The notes beneath the pieces were generated by a model. The model did not search any database and was not told where the DNA came from. It worked only from the letters and a program-made list of their open reading frames with translations. A stretch of DNA of 62,814 nt from a virus (Duplodnaviria; Caudoviricetes), in IMG/VR virus record IMGVR_UViG_3300042543_000362, positions 1 to 62,814 of that record; one strand, given 5' to 3'. Positions 33,263 to 43,684 of the stretch are shown piece after piece (within the stretch, counting starts at the first letter, position 1; every line of letters begins with the position of its first letter). The position numbers and the translations under genes were made by a program.

Positions 33263-34183
33263 ATGAGCGAAAGCGTAGCGCGCCACCTGCACGGCGCCGA
33301 AATTGAATCCATCCGCGAGTGGCTTTACTGCGACAATTCTTCGCCAAGTGGATTGCGCTGGCGTAAAAGTTTCGGAAAACTTCGCATTCAAGGGCAGCCC
33401 GCCGGAAGACTTACGCAGGGCTATTTCTGTTTTTCGCTTAATCAGTCTTACTATCGAGCCACTGATTTAATACTGCTACTGAATGGCATCTTCCCAGCAG
33501 ACCCCCGTCAGCGTGCCTGTTTAATTGATGCCGAAGGTCCGGTAAACGACGCACTAAACCTTCAATGGCATATACCGGTTAAAGAAAAAACCAAACAATC
33601 AAGCGTTAAACCTGATTTAGAATCAATAAAAAGGCGCAAAGAAAGGCGTTTTGTTGATAGCGCTTTAAGCGGCAGAATAGCCGTTATAACTGAAGACACA
33701 AGGCTTTTCCGCTTGTGCCCAGGCAATCATTTCTGGATGGGTCAACCCTTGACGCTGTACAAAATGGGCCATGACGGCAAATGGGAATGCCCTGAGTGCA
33801 AGCAGCATGATCAAGAGCTTTACTCTAGGTATTTGCTGGCAAGGAAAGGGTTTCACATTCGTGTTCACAGAAGCAGGCGAAACCTCAAATCCCTACCTTG
33901 GCATGAAGTGCAGCAAAGGTTTGCTCAGTTCGAGCACCGCTGCGCCTATTGCGGCTGTGATGGCAAGATGCAGATTGAGCACGTCGTGCCGATCAGCAAA
34001 GGCGGGTCTCATTCTGTGGGCAGCATCGTGCCAGCGTGCAAGCGCTGCAACGCGAGTAAGCACGCAAAGCCGGCCGAAACCTGGTACCGCTCCCAGCCGT
34101 TCTTCAGCGAGCTGCGCTGGCGGAAGATCTGCCGGGTGCCGGGCTGGCAGCGCTCCAGCGTCGGGCAGCTGGCGCTGCTGTAG
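33263..34183 (+). CDS. HNH endonuclease with extended N-terminus
   Basis: CAYC...IEHVVPISKGG...VPACKRCNASK; directly upstream of terS. Confidence 0.85.
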   Translation: MSESVARHLHGAEIESIREWLYCDNSSPSGLRWRKSFGKLRIQGQPAGRLTQGYFCFSLNQSYYRATDLILLLNGIFPADPRQRACLIDAEGPVNDALNLQWHIPVKEKTKQSSVKPDLESIKRRKERRFVDSALSGRIAVITEDTRLFRLCPGNHFWMGQPLTLYKMGHDGKWECPECKQHDQELYSRYLLARKGFHIRVHRSRRNLKSLPWHEVQQRFAQFEHRCAYCGCDGKMQIEHVVPISKGGSHSVGSIVPACKRCNASKHAKPAETWYRSQPFFSELRWRKICRVPGWQRSSVGQLALL

Positions 34184-34210
34184 CCCGCAACCACGGCTTA
34201 CGCTGGTTGC

Positions 34211-34819
34211 ATGACGGTTGCAACCAGCCAAGAACTCAGCGCTGAGAAGGGTGCTGAGTTGATCCACCGCGAAACCGGCCGCAGCTGCAGCAGGCAGAAC
34301 CTGGAAAAGCTGTGCCGCAAGGGCGCACTGAAGGAGAGCCCTTGCGTCCTGAGCGCCTATCCGCTGCGCGTGGATGCGGCCCTGCTGGTGGCTGAATACC
34401 TGGCCAAGGTGGCCCCGTACCAAGCCGAAGCGCAGCAGCCTGCGGCCAAGGTCAAGACCGCCACCCCCAACTCAGCGCCGCGCACTCTCAGCCACCCGCC
34501 CAATGATCCTGACGCTGGCGACCCTGGCGAGGTTCCCAACTACAACGAAGAGAGAGCGCGACACGAAAAGGAGCGCCGCCTAATCGCCGAACTCGACCGC
34601 CGCCAAAAAGCCGGCGAGCTTGTCTACAAGGCCGACGTGGAGCAGGCGCAGATGGCCATCGCCCTGACCCTGAAGAACCAGCTGGAGGCGCTGCCCAAGC
34701 AGATCAAGCAGCAGCTGCCGCACCTGTCGATCGGCGATGAGGAAATGATTGAACGGCTGGTGGCCAAGGTGCTCACCGCGGTGGCGGACTGGCGGATGGA
34801 TCAGGAGGAAGAGGAATGA
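34211..34819 (+). CDS. terS: terminase small subunit
   Basis: N-terminal HTH; ERARHEKE...KAGELV (Nu1-like); overlaps terL. Confidence 0.8.
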   Translation: MTVATSQELSAEKGAELIHRETGRSCSRQNLEKLCRKGALKESPCVLSAYPLRVDAALLVAEYLAKVAPYQAEAQQPAAKVKTATPNSAPRTLSHPPNDPDAGDPGEVPNYNEERARHEKERRLIAELDRRQKAGELVYKADVEQAQMAIALTLKNQLEALPKQIKQQLPHLSIGDEEMIERLVAKVLTAVADWRMDQEEEE

Positions 34820-36741
34820 TCACCCGAGACGTACCAGCCCTGGCGGCAGGGATCGCCGAGTGTTTCCGCCCCCGTCCGTTGCTCAGCGGTGTGGAGTATG
34901 CCGACACCTACGGCCACGTGACGGGCAACGCGGCCAGCAAGGGCCCATGGATCACCCGGCCCTATCAGGCCTACTGGTTCTACGCCTTCGCCTCGCGGCG
35001 GGTGCCGATCTTCGTGTGCATGAAGTCCGCCCGTGTCGGCTGGTCGGAGTCGGTGAAGATCGGCGCGGTGCAGTACTACGCCCACTGGAAACCATCGAAG
35101 GTGATGGTGGTGCAGCCGATCGAAAAGGACGCGGAGGAGTACAGCAAGGAAGACATCAGCGACCTGTTCGCTGACACGCCTTGCCTGGGTGGGTTGCTGT
35201 CGGAGTCGAAATCCCGCGGCACGGCGACCAACACCATCCTGCTGAAGAAGCTCACGAATGGCGCACTGATCGACATCGTGAACGCCAAGAGCGGCAAGTC
35301 ATTCCGGCGCAAGGAACGGCCGGTGGTGATCTTTGAGGAACCGTCTGCCTACGACCGAATCAACGAGGGCTGCCAGATCAAGCTGGGCATCCGCCGTACA
35401 GAGACCTCCTGGAATCCGAAGGTGATCATCGGCGGCACGCCGATCTTCCCAAACGACAAGACCCATCAGTGGTTCCTGCGTGGTGATCAGCAGTACCGCC
35501 ATCTGCCGTGTCCGCACTGCAACCACTACCAGCCGCTGCGGTGGGAGGCGATGGCAAAGGAGGGCCCCGACGCCGGCACCTTCGAGTGCGAGAACTGCAA
35601 GGAGCCGATCCGCTACACCTCCCTGCGGGAGATGGACGCCCACGGCGGCTGGGCCTGCCCACTGGGCCTGGACCGCTCACAGCAAGCGCTGACGGCCGAG
35701 GGTGAGCCGGCAGTTGAGAGCCAGTACATCTGGGCGGCGTACAGCTACCACGCCGGGGCGGTGTGGTCGAAGCTGATCAGTGAGTACCAGGAAGCACTGG
35801 AGGCAATGCGCCGGGGTGATACCGACCCGATGCAGACCTACCACAACACCGTGCTGGGGATCCCCTGGGAAGACAGCATCGCCGGCAAGCTCACTTGCGA
35901 CGGCCTGGCGGAGCGGCGCAAGAACATCGAGGGCGGCAACGGCTACCCGGCCGGGACCGTGCCCAATGGCGTGCTGCTGATCACCGCCGGGGTGGACGTG
36001 CAGGGCGGCGGCGGCTCAGTGGGTGAGCGGGTGGTGGTGACGGTGTGGGGCTGGGGCCGTGGCGAGGAAGGCTGGCACCTGGGCCACTGGGAGATTGACG
36101 GCGACCCGCAGCAGAAGGAAACGCTGGAGCAGCTGGAGCGGATCGCCGCGACGAAGTGGCGCAGGGAGGATGGCGCTGAGGTGCCCCTGGCGATGGGTGC
36201 CATCGACGAAGGCGGCCACTCGACACAGGAGATCAGGGACTGGTGCCGAAAGCAGGGCGGCCTGTGGGTGCCGGTGCGTGGTGATGGCGCCAAAGGCAAG
36301 CCACTGGTGGGCCGGGGCACGCCGGTGGACATCAACCGGAAGAATCAGCCGGTGCAAAAGAAGGGCCTGCTGCTGTATCGGGTGGGCTACGAAACGAGCG
36401 TCTCGCACCTACAGGGCCGGTTGCGGAACGAGATCCCTGGGCCTGGGTATCTGCACCTGGGCGAGGCCTCAACCGATCAGTTCCTAGCGGAGCTGTTCCC
36501 GTGGAAGCGCATGCCGAAGAAGGGCAGCCGTGGCCGTGAGTATCACTGGGACTGCCCGACCGGAATGCGGGATGAGGCGGGCGACTGCACCCGGTACGCC
36601 TACGCCGCGATGCAGCTGGTGAGCCGGAGATACAACCGCGCCACGATGTGGGACCAGCTGGCGGCACAGCTGGCGGCCTCCGTAGCCTTAGACCAGCAGG
36701 CCGCGCCACGAAAGGCCCGGAGTTTCACGGTGCTCAAATGA
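34816..36741 (+). CDS. terL: terminase large subunit, lambda GpA family
   Basis: MKSARVGWSE, GDQQYRHLPCPHC, AGVDVQ and DEAGDC. Confidence 0.93.
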   Translation: MITRDVPALAAGIAECFRPRPLLSGVEYADTYGHVTGNAASKGPWITRPYQAYWFYAFASRRVPIFVCMKSARVGWSESVKIGAVQYYAHWKPSKVMVVQPIEKDAEEYSKEDISDLFADTPCLGGLLSESKSRGTATNTILLKKLTNGALIDIVNAKSGKSFRRKERPVVIFEEPSAYDRINEGCQIKLGIRRTETSWNPKVIIGGTPIFPNDKTHQWFLRGDQQYRHLPCPHCNHYQPLRWEAMAKEGPDAGTFECENCKEPIRYTSLREMDAHGGWACPLGLDRSQQALTAEGEPAVESQYIWAAYSYHAGAVWSKLISEYQEALEAMRRGDTDPMQTYHNTVLGIPWEDSIAGKLTCDGLAERRKNIEGGNGYPAGTVPNGVLLITAGVDVQGGGGSVGERVVVTVWGWGRGEEGWHLGHWEIDGDPQQKETLEQLERIAATKWRREDGAEVPLAMGAIDEGGHSTQEIRDWCRKQGGLWVPVRGDGAKGKPLVGRGTPVDINRKNQPVQKKGLLLYRVGYETSVSHLQGRLRNEIPGPGYLHLGEASTDQFLAELFPWKRMPKKGSRGREYHWDCPTGMRDEAGDCTRYAYAAMQLVSRRYNRATMWDQLAAQLAASVALDQQAAPRKARSFTVLK

Positions 36742-37304
36742 CCCAACCGCTGGAGCTCTACCAAGGCGATCTAACCAGCTGGATCGAATCCCGCGTCCAT
36801 CCTGATGCCACGGCCGTTCGCGTGTGGTTCCGCGCTGCAGCAGCTGGCGCCGGTATCGAGGCGGTGGCCAGCGACACGGACGACGGCTGGCGAGTGACGC
36901 TCCCCGCGCAGACCACCGCCACCATGGCCTTTGGCGCCTGGGAGCTGCAGATCGTCTCCACGGTCAGCGGCGCCCCGCTCACCACCGGCCGTGGCAGCTT
37001 GACCGTCCGCAAGAGCCTGGCATTCAGCGGCACCCCCGGCGCCTTCGATGATCGCAGCCAGGCGCAGAAAGATTTGGAGGCGGTTGAAGAGGCCATCCGC
37101 GCCCTGACCACGGGTGCGCAGGAGTACCAGATCGGCAGCCTGGGCAACGGTGGCCGGAAGGTGGTCCGCGCCGACCTGGCGGAGCTGATCAAGTGGCGCG
37201 ACCGACTCAAGGCTGAAGTCGCCCGCGAGAAACGCGCCGAGATGATCGCGCAAGGCCTCGGCGATCCGCGCCGGCTCTATGTGCGCTTCACGGGGGTGAG
37301 CTGA
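36738..37304 (+). CDS. head completion protein (gpW-like C-terminus)
   Basis: QEYQIG...RADLAELIKWRD, between terL and portal. Confidence 0.7.
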   Translation: MTQPLELYQGDLTSWIESRVHPDATAVRVWFRAAAAGAGIEAVASDTDDGWRVTLPAQTTATMAFGAWELQIVSTVSGAPLTTGRGSLTVRKSLAFSGTPGAFDDRSQAQKDLEAVEEAIRALTTGAQEYQIGSLGNGGRKVVRADLAELIKWRDRLKAEVAREKRAEMIAQGLGDPRRLYVRFTGVS

Positions 37305-38881
37305 TGGGTGTCCGTTCCTGGCTGCAGCGGCAGATCCTGACCACCCGGCACGGCCGGCAGCAGGGCCAGCGGATGTTTGAGGGCGCCCGGCGTAACCGGC
37401 TGCTCCATGACCTGGTGGCGCCGACCACCTCCGCAGACGCCGAGCTGCGCGTCAGCCTGGCCGTACTGCGCGACCGCTGCCACCAGCTGGTCAGGGACAA
37501 CCCCTACGCCCGCCAGGCCAAGCGGACTACGCAGATCAACGTGGTGGGGCCGCGTGGAATCCAGATGCAGGGGCAGGTGATGCGCCCCAACGGCACCGAG
37601 AAGGACGTGCGCCGCAACCAGCTGCAGGAGGAAGCATGGCGCCGCTGGTGCCGGCCAGATACTTGCGACGTGGCGGGGCGGCTGAGTTTCCACGGCTTCG
37701 AGATGATGGCCGCCGGCAGCCTGCCGGAGTCGGGCGAATGCCTGATCAGGATCGTGCGGCAGCCGATGGGACAGGGCCGCACACCGCTGGCGCTGGAGCT
37801 GATTGAGGCGCACCAGCTCGATGAGGACAAGAGCGGGGTATCAGATCGCGCTGGCCACGAATGGCGGCTAGGCGTCGAGATCAACCAATGGGGCCGCCCC
37901 ACCCGGTACGCCATCCTGACCCGCCACCCTGGTGACGTGGAGCTGGGCCTGAACCGCCGTGGCGTGGAGCGGAAGCACCTCCTGGTTCCGGCGGCGGACA
38001 TGATCCATGTGTTCATGCCGGAGCGGATCGGGCAGAGCCGGGGCGTGCCGTGGTTGGCGTCGGTGATCACAACTGTCCACGGGCTTTCTGAATACGAAAA
38101 GGCTCACCTGGTACGGAAGCGCGTCCAGGCGGCATCGCTGGGGTGGATTCAGACGCCCGATGCCGGGCTGACCGGTGATGCGGTGGAGAACGGTCAGCGG
38201 CTATTCAACACTGAGCCGGGCGCCTACAACATCCTTGAGCCCGGCGAGGTTCCGGTGCCGCCAAACTTCGGGCCGGATGATGGCCAATACGATGCAGTCG
38301 TAAAAAACCTCACCAGGCGGTTTGCGGCTGGGTATGGATGCAGCTACGCCACGATCAGCAGGGACTTTTCGGACGCGAATTACAGCAGCATGCGCACAAG
38401 CGTCCAAGAGGATCGCGATCATTGGCGCGTGCTGCAGAGCATGCTGATACAGCAGCTGCATCAACGAGTCTTTGAAGAATGGCTCCGCGCTGCAATGTTG
38501 GCTGGCGAATTACCTTCGCCAGCTTTTAACGATTACTGGACTAAGCCAGAAAGATATAATGCCCCCATGTGGCAGGCCAGGAGCTGGGACGGCATAGATC
38601 CATTAAAAGACATGGTTGCCATGGAAAAAGCCAGGGCGCTGTTACTCGAGTCCCATTCGCAGCAGATAGCCAGCTACACAGGGTCCGAGTTCGGGCAAGT
38701 GATGGCACAAATCGCCCGCGAAAACGAGCTGAAAGAATCCCTGGGCCTGATGCCCACCGTGGAGCAGCCGCCTGAGCCAGCGTCGGAACCACCCATCCCT
38801 GAGCCTGAGGCGAAAGACCCCGACGACGACGAAGAGGACGCCGAGGATGAGGAAGCTCAGCCCCGGCCATCCGTAGCCTGA
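37304..38881 (+). CDS. portal protein, lambda family
   Basis: LVRDNPYA, QSRGVPWL, DFSDANYSSMR and IDPLKD. Confidence 0.92.
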   Translation: MGVRSWLQRQILTTRHGRQQGQRMFEGARRNRLLHDLVAPTTSADAELRVSLAVLRDRCHQLVRDNPYARQAKRTTQINVVGPRGIQMQGQVMRPNGTEKDVRRNQLQEEAWRRWCRPDTCDVAGRLSFHGFEMMAAGSLPESGECLIRIVRQPMGQGRTPLALELIEAHQLDEDKSGVSDRAGHEWRLGVEINQWGRPTRYAILTRHPGDVELGLNRRGVERKHLLVPAADMIHVFMPERIGQSRGVPWLASVITTVHGLSEYEKAHLVRKRVQAASLGWIQTPDAGLTGDAVENGQRLFNTEPGAYNILEPGEVPVPPNFGPDDGQYDAVVKNLTRRFAAGYGCSYATISRDFSDANYSSMRTSVQEDRDHWRVLQSMLIQQLHQRVFEEWLRAAMLAGELPSPAFNDYWTKPERYNAPMWQARSWDGIDPLKDMVAMEKARALLLESHSQQIASYTGSEFGQVMAQIARENELKESLGLMPTVEQPPEPASEPPIPEPEAKDPDDDEEDAEDEEAQPRPSVA

Positions 38882-38900
38882 GGCCAGCGACTATCCGGCT

Positions 38901-40898
38901 TTGGATCTCACGAAACTCAAAGGCCCCCAACGGCGAGAGCTGCCAGGCGGCCTCCGCGTTGAGGAAAGCACCGACGAAACCCTGACCTTCAGCTTCAGTT
39001 CTGAGGCTCCTGTGAAGCGCTGGTTCGGCCGCGAGATCCTGGTGCACGAGCCAGGCGCGATGGATCTGAGCCGAATGAATGACGGCGCCCCGTGGCTTTG
39101 GAACCATAACCCGAACGTGGTTTTGGGCGTAACCGAAAAGACTTGGCTGGGCGACGATCGCCGGCTCTACTCCACGGTGAGATGGAGCCCCAACACCCTG
39201 GAGAAGGGCAGCGAGGAGTACAAGCGCCGACAGGACATTCAGGCCGGCATCACAAGGAACGTCTCGTTTGCTTACGAGATTGAGGACTTAGACGAGCGCG
39301 ACGGCGCTTTCTATGTCACTAGCTGGCCAGTGCTGGAGGTCTCCAGCGTCAGCGTCCCCGCCGATCAGACCGTAGGCCTGGGCCGCGCCATGGATGACCC
39401 TTGGGTAGAGCCTGAGCCTGCCGCTGAGCCCACCCCTGAGCCCCCTGCGCCAGCCGAGCCGACCGTCACGATTGACCCCGAGTTGGTCGAGTCTGCCGTT
39501 AGCAAGGCCCTCCATAGCCTGACAGCACAGACCGCCGAGCGGACTGACCCCACTGATCAAATCCAAATGACCACTGAGATCAACGTGGCGGAGGTGCAGC
39601 AGGACGCTCGGCGCGCCGAGCGCGAGCGTGTTGCGACCATCCGCGGCATGTGCGACCAGTTCCAACTCCCCGAGCTGGCTGAAAAACTCATCAACGACGA
39701 CGCTTCCATCGATGCCGCCCGTGCGGTGGTGATGGAACAGGTTGGCATGCGCAAGGTTGAGTTCCAGGGCCGCGTGCACGATGCCGGCAACGCCGAGCTG
39801 GGCCTGAGCAAGCGTGAAATCAAACGCTTCAGCCTGTGCCGGCTGCTCCTTCACATGACGGAGCCAACTAACGCCAGGCTCGCTGATGCCGCTGGCTTTG
39901 AGCTGGAGGTAAGCCGAGCCGCTGCGGATCTGCAGGCCAGGACGCTCAATAAGAGCGCTCGCGGCGTGTTGATCCCTTGGGAGGTGCTGGGTGTTTCCCG
40001 CGCTGCTCAGACCCCTGGCCAGGTGGTCGGCACCTTCGGCGACGGTGGCGCACTGGTCGGCACCGACCGGCTGGATGCGCAGTTCATTGACCTAATCCGC
40101 AACCGCAGCGCCTTCCTGAACAGCGGCCTGACCATGCTCTCCGGCCTGGAGGGCAACGTCGAAATCCCCAAGAAGCTCAGCTCCAGCCAGTACTACTTCG
40201 TCGGCGAGAACGCTGACGTGCCCAACAGCAAGCTGACGTTCGGCTTGGTGAACATGGTCCCCCGCACCATCGGGGTGCGCGTGCCCATCAGCCGGCGGAT
40301 GATGCTCCAAAGCTCGCCCGATATTGACAACTTGGTGCGCCTTGACATGGCCGAGTCCGTTGCCTTGGGCATGGATTCCACCATCGGCTACGGCACCGGG
40401 TCCAACGGCCAGCCGCTGGGCATCATCAACACCACCGGCATCGGCTCGGTGACGCTAACCAACGGCAAAACCAAGCCGTTCCCCGTCAGCCTGGGTGGCG
40501 CTCCTACCAGCCTGGTTTGCGGCGAGTGGGACAACTACGTGGATCTGGAAACCGAACTGGCGATCGACAACCTCGACGACGGTTCAATGCGCTACATCAT
40601 GAATAGCGTGGTGAAGGGCGCTCTGAAGCAGACCCTCCGGGCTTCTGCTGCCGGCTCCGACTACATTATGACCGACGCCGGTCAGGTGAACGGCTATCCA
40701 GTGACGGTGAGCAACCAGATGCAGCTCAACGACGTACTCTTCGGTAATTTTGCCGACTGCGTGGTGGGCATGTGGTCTGGGCTCGATCTAATCGTGGATT
40801 CGTTCACCCAGGCGGCATCTGGCCAGACGATCCTGAATGTCCACCAGGACTTCGACGTGGCGGTGCGCCGCCCGCAGTCCTTCGCTCTGGGTACCTGA
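38901..40898 (+). CDS. prohead protease / major capsid fusion
   Basis: FSSEAPV, LWNHN and EVSSVSVPAD (HK97-type protease); Pro/Glu linker; capsid end LFGNFAD...DVAVRRPQSF. Confidence 0.9.
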   Translation: MDLTKLKGPQRRELPGGLRVEESTDETLTFSFSSEAPVKRWFGREILVHEPGAMDLSRMNDGAPWLWNHNPNVVLGVTEKTWLGDDRRLYSTVRWSPNTLEKGSEEYKRRQDIQAGITRNVSFAYEIEDLDERDGAFYVTSWPVLEVSSVSVPADQTVGLGRAMDDPWVEPEPAAEPTPEPPAPAEPTVTIDPELVESAVSKALHSLTAQTAERTDPTDQIQMTTEINVAEVQQDARRAERERVATIRGMCDQFQLPELAEKLINDDASIDAARAVVMEQVGMRKVEFQGRVHDAGNAELGLSKREIKRFSLCRLLLHMTEPTNARLADAAGFELEVSRAAADLQARTLNKSARGVLIPWEVLGVSRAAQTPGQVVGTFGDGGALVGTDRLDAQFIDLIRNRSAFLNSGLTMLSGLEGNVEIPKKLSSSQYYFVGENADVPNSKLTFGLVNMVPRTIGVRVPISRRMMLQSSPDIDNLVRLDMAESVALGMDSTIGYGTGSNGQPLGIINTTGIGSVTLTNGKTKPFPVSLGGAPTSLVCGEWDNYVDLETELAIDNLDDGSMRYIMNSVVKGALKQTLRASAAGSDYIMTDAGQVNGYPVTVSNQMQLNDVLFGNFADCVVGMWSGLDLIVDSFTQAASGQTILNVHQDFDVAVRRPQSFALGT

Positions 40899-40900
40899 TT

Positions 40901-41194
40901 ATGAGGCTGCAGATTCTCTCGAACTGCAGAGCAGACGGTCGCCACCTCTCCATGGGTGAGGTGGCTGACCTTCCGCAAGGCGTCGCCAACGAGCTGCTGG
41001 CGCTGGGCATGGCCTCAATTGCGCCAGAGCTCGAGCCTGAGCCAGCCCCGGCCTGCCCACCCAAGCCGCGGCGCTCTGCAAAGAACCCGGCGGTTGCCAT
41101 GGAAACAGCTTCTGACGAGGAACTGGCCATGCCTGCTGGCCAAGTGCCCACAAAGTGTGGGCGTCCCGTATTCACCCCCACCCCGGAGGATTGA
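40901..41194 (+). CDS. small head-associated protein
   Basis: Directly after the capsid gene; GEVADL...LLALG pattern. Confidence 0.55.
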   Translation: MRLQILSNCRADGRHLSMGEVADLPQGVANELLALGMASIAPELEPEPAPACPPKPRRSAKNPAVAMETASDEELAMPAGQVPTKCGRPVFTPTPED

Positions 41195-41197
41195 TCA

Positions 41198-41584
41198 ATG
41201 GCCATTGAACTCAGAGCCCTGGAGCAACTCCAGGCATTCACCATCCTGGCTCCTGCCACCCGCGACGCTGCGGGCAACACCACTGCGGTGGACGTGAGCA
41301 GCGTTGACGGCGATCTGCTGCTGCTGCTGTATGCCGCCGCCAGCGCCTCCAACACCGCGATCAAGGTGAAAGTGCAATCCGGCAATGCCTCTGACGGCAG
41401 CGATGCTGCAGACGTGGCCGGCGGCGTCTTTACCGATCTGGGCAGCACTGCTGCACTGCAGAAGCTGTCAATCCCCCGCGACCAGGTGGGCAAGTTTGTG
41501 CGGCTGGCCTTCACCGACGAAACCGGCAGCTTTTCCGCTACCGTCACCTGCGTGGCAGTCGGCGGCGCCCGTTACGCGGTCTGA
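41198..41584 (+). CDS. structural protein (decoration-like)
   Basis: Beta-rich; head gene cluster. Confidence 0.55.
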   Translation: MAIELRALEQLQAFTILAPATRDAAGNTTAVDVSSVDGDLLLLLYAAASASNTAIKVKVQSGNASDGSDAADVAGGVFTDLGSTAALQKLSIPRDQVGKFVRLAFTDETGSFSATVTCVAVGGARYAV

Positions 41585-41586
41585 CC

Positions 41587-41922
41587 ATGATCCAGGAAAT
41601 CCCCGATGATTTCCTGCTGGCTGACTTCGGCTCCAGCGTCACTGCTGGGGCCGTTGTTGGTTTGGGCTTCAAGGATGAGATCAGTAATTTCGTGCTCGAT
41701 GATCGGGTGATCTCGATCGACTGCACGCTGACCGTCCGCACTGACCTGTTTGGCGGGCTGCAGTATCGCGACCTAGTGGAGCACGGCGGGCAGTCCTACC
41801 GGCTATTGCATGAGCCCCTGCGGCAGGCTGACGGGCGGTTCTGCGTGATGCTGCTGGAGAAGATTGAGGCCGTCTTTACGGTGTACTTGGAAGGCGTTTT
41901 TGAGGCCGGGGTGTTCGTATGA
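41587..41922 (+). CDS. head-tail joining protein
   Basis: Size and position. Confidence 0.55.
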   Translation: MIQEIPDDFLLADFGSSVTAGAVVGLGFKDEISNFVLDDRVISIDCTLTVRTDLFGGLQYRDLVEHGGQSYRLLHEPLRQADGRFCVMLLEKIEAVFTVYLEGVFEAGVFV

Positions 41923-43682
41923 CGCTGAATCTGACCCGGCGGCTGGTCAAGGGCACGCCGCTCACAGCGGCGGAGCATGATGGCAACCTGGACAAGCTGG
42001 AGGATGGGATTGAGGCGCGGGAGGCGCTGGGCGCGGTCGCCGCCCACGTAGCAGCAGCCGATCCCCATCCCGGCTACCTGACTCAGGCCGAAGGAGACTC
42101 TCGATACAGACAATCAGCCACTGCGCTGACCGATGGCGACATCCCTGCAGGGATCGCCAGGGACAGCGAGGTAGCGTCAGCGATCAGCACCCACGTTGCC
42201 GCAGCCGATCCCCACTCTCAATACTTAACCCAAGCGGAGGGCGACGGCCGATACCGGCAATCGGCCACGGCGCTGAGCGATTCGGACATCCCTGCAGGGA
42301 TCGCCAGAGACTCGGAGGTGGCAGCGGCAATCGGAGCGCATGAGGCAGCAGTAGATCCGCATCCTGGCTACCTGACCGCCGCCGAGGGTGACGCGGCCTA
42401 TGTGGGGCTGAGCGATGCCCGGCTGAGCGACTCCCGCGAATGGACCGCTGCCACAATCGAGCAGGCTGAGGCCGAGACCGGCACCGCGACGACCCGGCGA
42501 GCGTTTACGGCGCAACGGGTGCGGCAGGCCATCGCCGCCTGGTGGACCGGCGTTAGCACCGCGGCAGGCCGCGCCATGGTGGAGGCGCTCAGCTCTGCCG
42601 CACAGCGCACGCTGCTGGGCCTGGGCACGGCTGACAGCCCATCATTTGCCGGCCTGACGATCACCGGCACGGCGCCGGTTGCCATCCCCCACATCCACGG
42701 CAGCATCGCCGGCAACTTTTACGTTCACGTCAGAAACACCAGCGGCGGCCCCCTAGCGGCGGGCACGGCGGTCTATGCGACTGGCAGCGTGGGCGACACC
42801 GATCGGATCACGGTGGCGGCCTGCGACCCGACCGACCCGCTCAAAATGCCGGCGATCGGCGTGCTGGAGACCACCCTTGCCAACAACGGCGATGGCGACG
42901 CCGTGGTACTGGGCGAGCTGAGGCCTTTCAATACCAACAGTTATCAGCTGGGCGATCATCTCTATGTCGGCGCTGGCGGCGCCCTGGTGGCGACGATCCC
43001 GGCATCTGGCGAGGTGCAACAGGTCGGCAGCGTAGTGAGGGTGAACGTCAACACCGGGACCATCCTGGTGAACACTGGCGCGGCGATGGCCCGGGTGGGA
43101 TTCACTGGGGCCTATGCGGACCTGAGCGGGTTGCCCACCCTGGGCACGGCAGCAGCAGCAGCCAGCACGGACTTCGCCCCCGCAGCGCAAGGCGTCACGA
43201 ACGGCAACAGCCACGACCACAACGGCGGCGATGGGGCACAGATCGCTTATGGCAGCCTGTCTGGATTGCCGTCGATTCCTAGCACATACGCCGACCTAGG
43301 GCCTCTCGGCGACGGCCTAATACTGGTGCTCAGCAACCGTGGCGAGACCGCAACGGCTGGCACCAACTATGCCGAGGTGCCGGTGCCAGTACCGTCTGGC
43401 AACTTCACTCTGACGGCCGTGCGGTTTGGCTCTCACATCGACACCACCGGCAGCAGCAGCACGACGTTCAACGCCTACCGCCGAACGGCGGCGGGCGTGA
43501 AGACGAGCGTGCTGACGGGCAACGCCACGCTGGCATCAGGCGCCAGCCTGGTTGACGTGTCGGCCAACATCACCGGCGCAACATTCACCGCTGGTGATCG
43601 GATCGGCGTCGATCTGATCGGCGTGGGCACTGGCGCCCAAGGCCTCTTCGCTCAATTTCTGTTTACCCGTTCTGCTGTCTAA
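41919..43682 (+). CDS. fibre-like structural protein with 49-aa DPH repeats
   Basis: AADPHPGYLT repeats with a 147-bp period; GAYADLSGLP motifs. Confidence 0.7.
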   Translation: MTLNLTRRLVKGTPLTAAEHDGNLDKLEDGIEAREALGAVAAHVAAADPHPGYLTQAEGDSRYRQSATALTDGDIPAGIARDSEVASAISTHVAAADPHSQYLTQAEGDGRYRQSATALSDSDIPAGIARDSEVAAAIGAHEAAVDPHPGYLTAAEGDAAYVGLSDARLSDSREWTAATIEQAEAETGTATTRRAFTAQRVRQAIAAWWTGVSTAAGRAMVEALSSAAQRTLLGLGTADSPSFAGLTITGTAPVAIPHIHGSIAGNFYVHVRNTSGGPLAAGTAVYATGSVGDTDRITVAACDPTDPLKMPAIGVLETTLANNGDGDAVVLGELRPFNTNSYQLGDHLYVGAGGALVATIPASGEVQQVGSVVRVNVNTGTILVNTGAAMARVGFTGAYADLSGLPTLGTAAAAASTDFAPAAQGVTNGNSHDHNGGDGAQIAYGSLSGLPSIPSTYADLGPLGDGLILVLSNRGETATAGTNYAEVPVPVPSGNFTLTAVRFGSHIDTTGSSSTTFNAYRRTAAGVKTSVLTGNATLASGASLVDVSANITGATFTAGDRIGVDLIGVGTGAQGLFAQFLFTRSAV

Positions 43683-43684
43683 CC

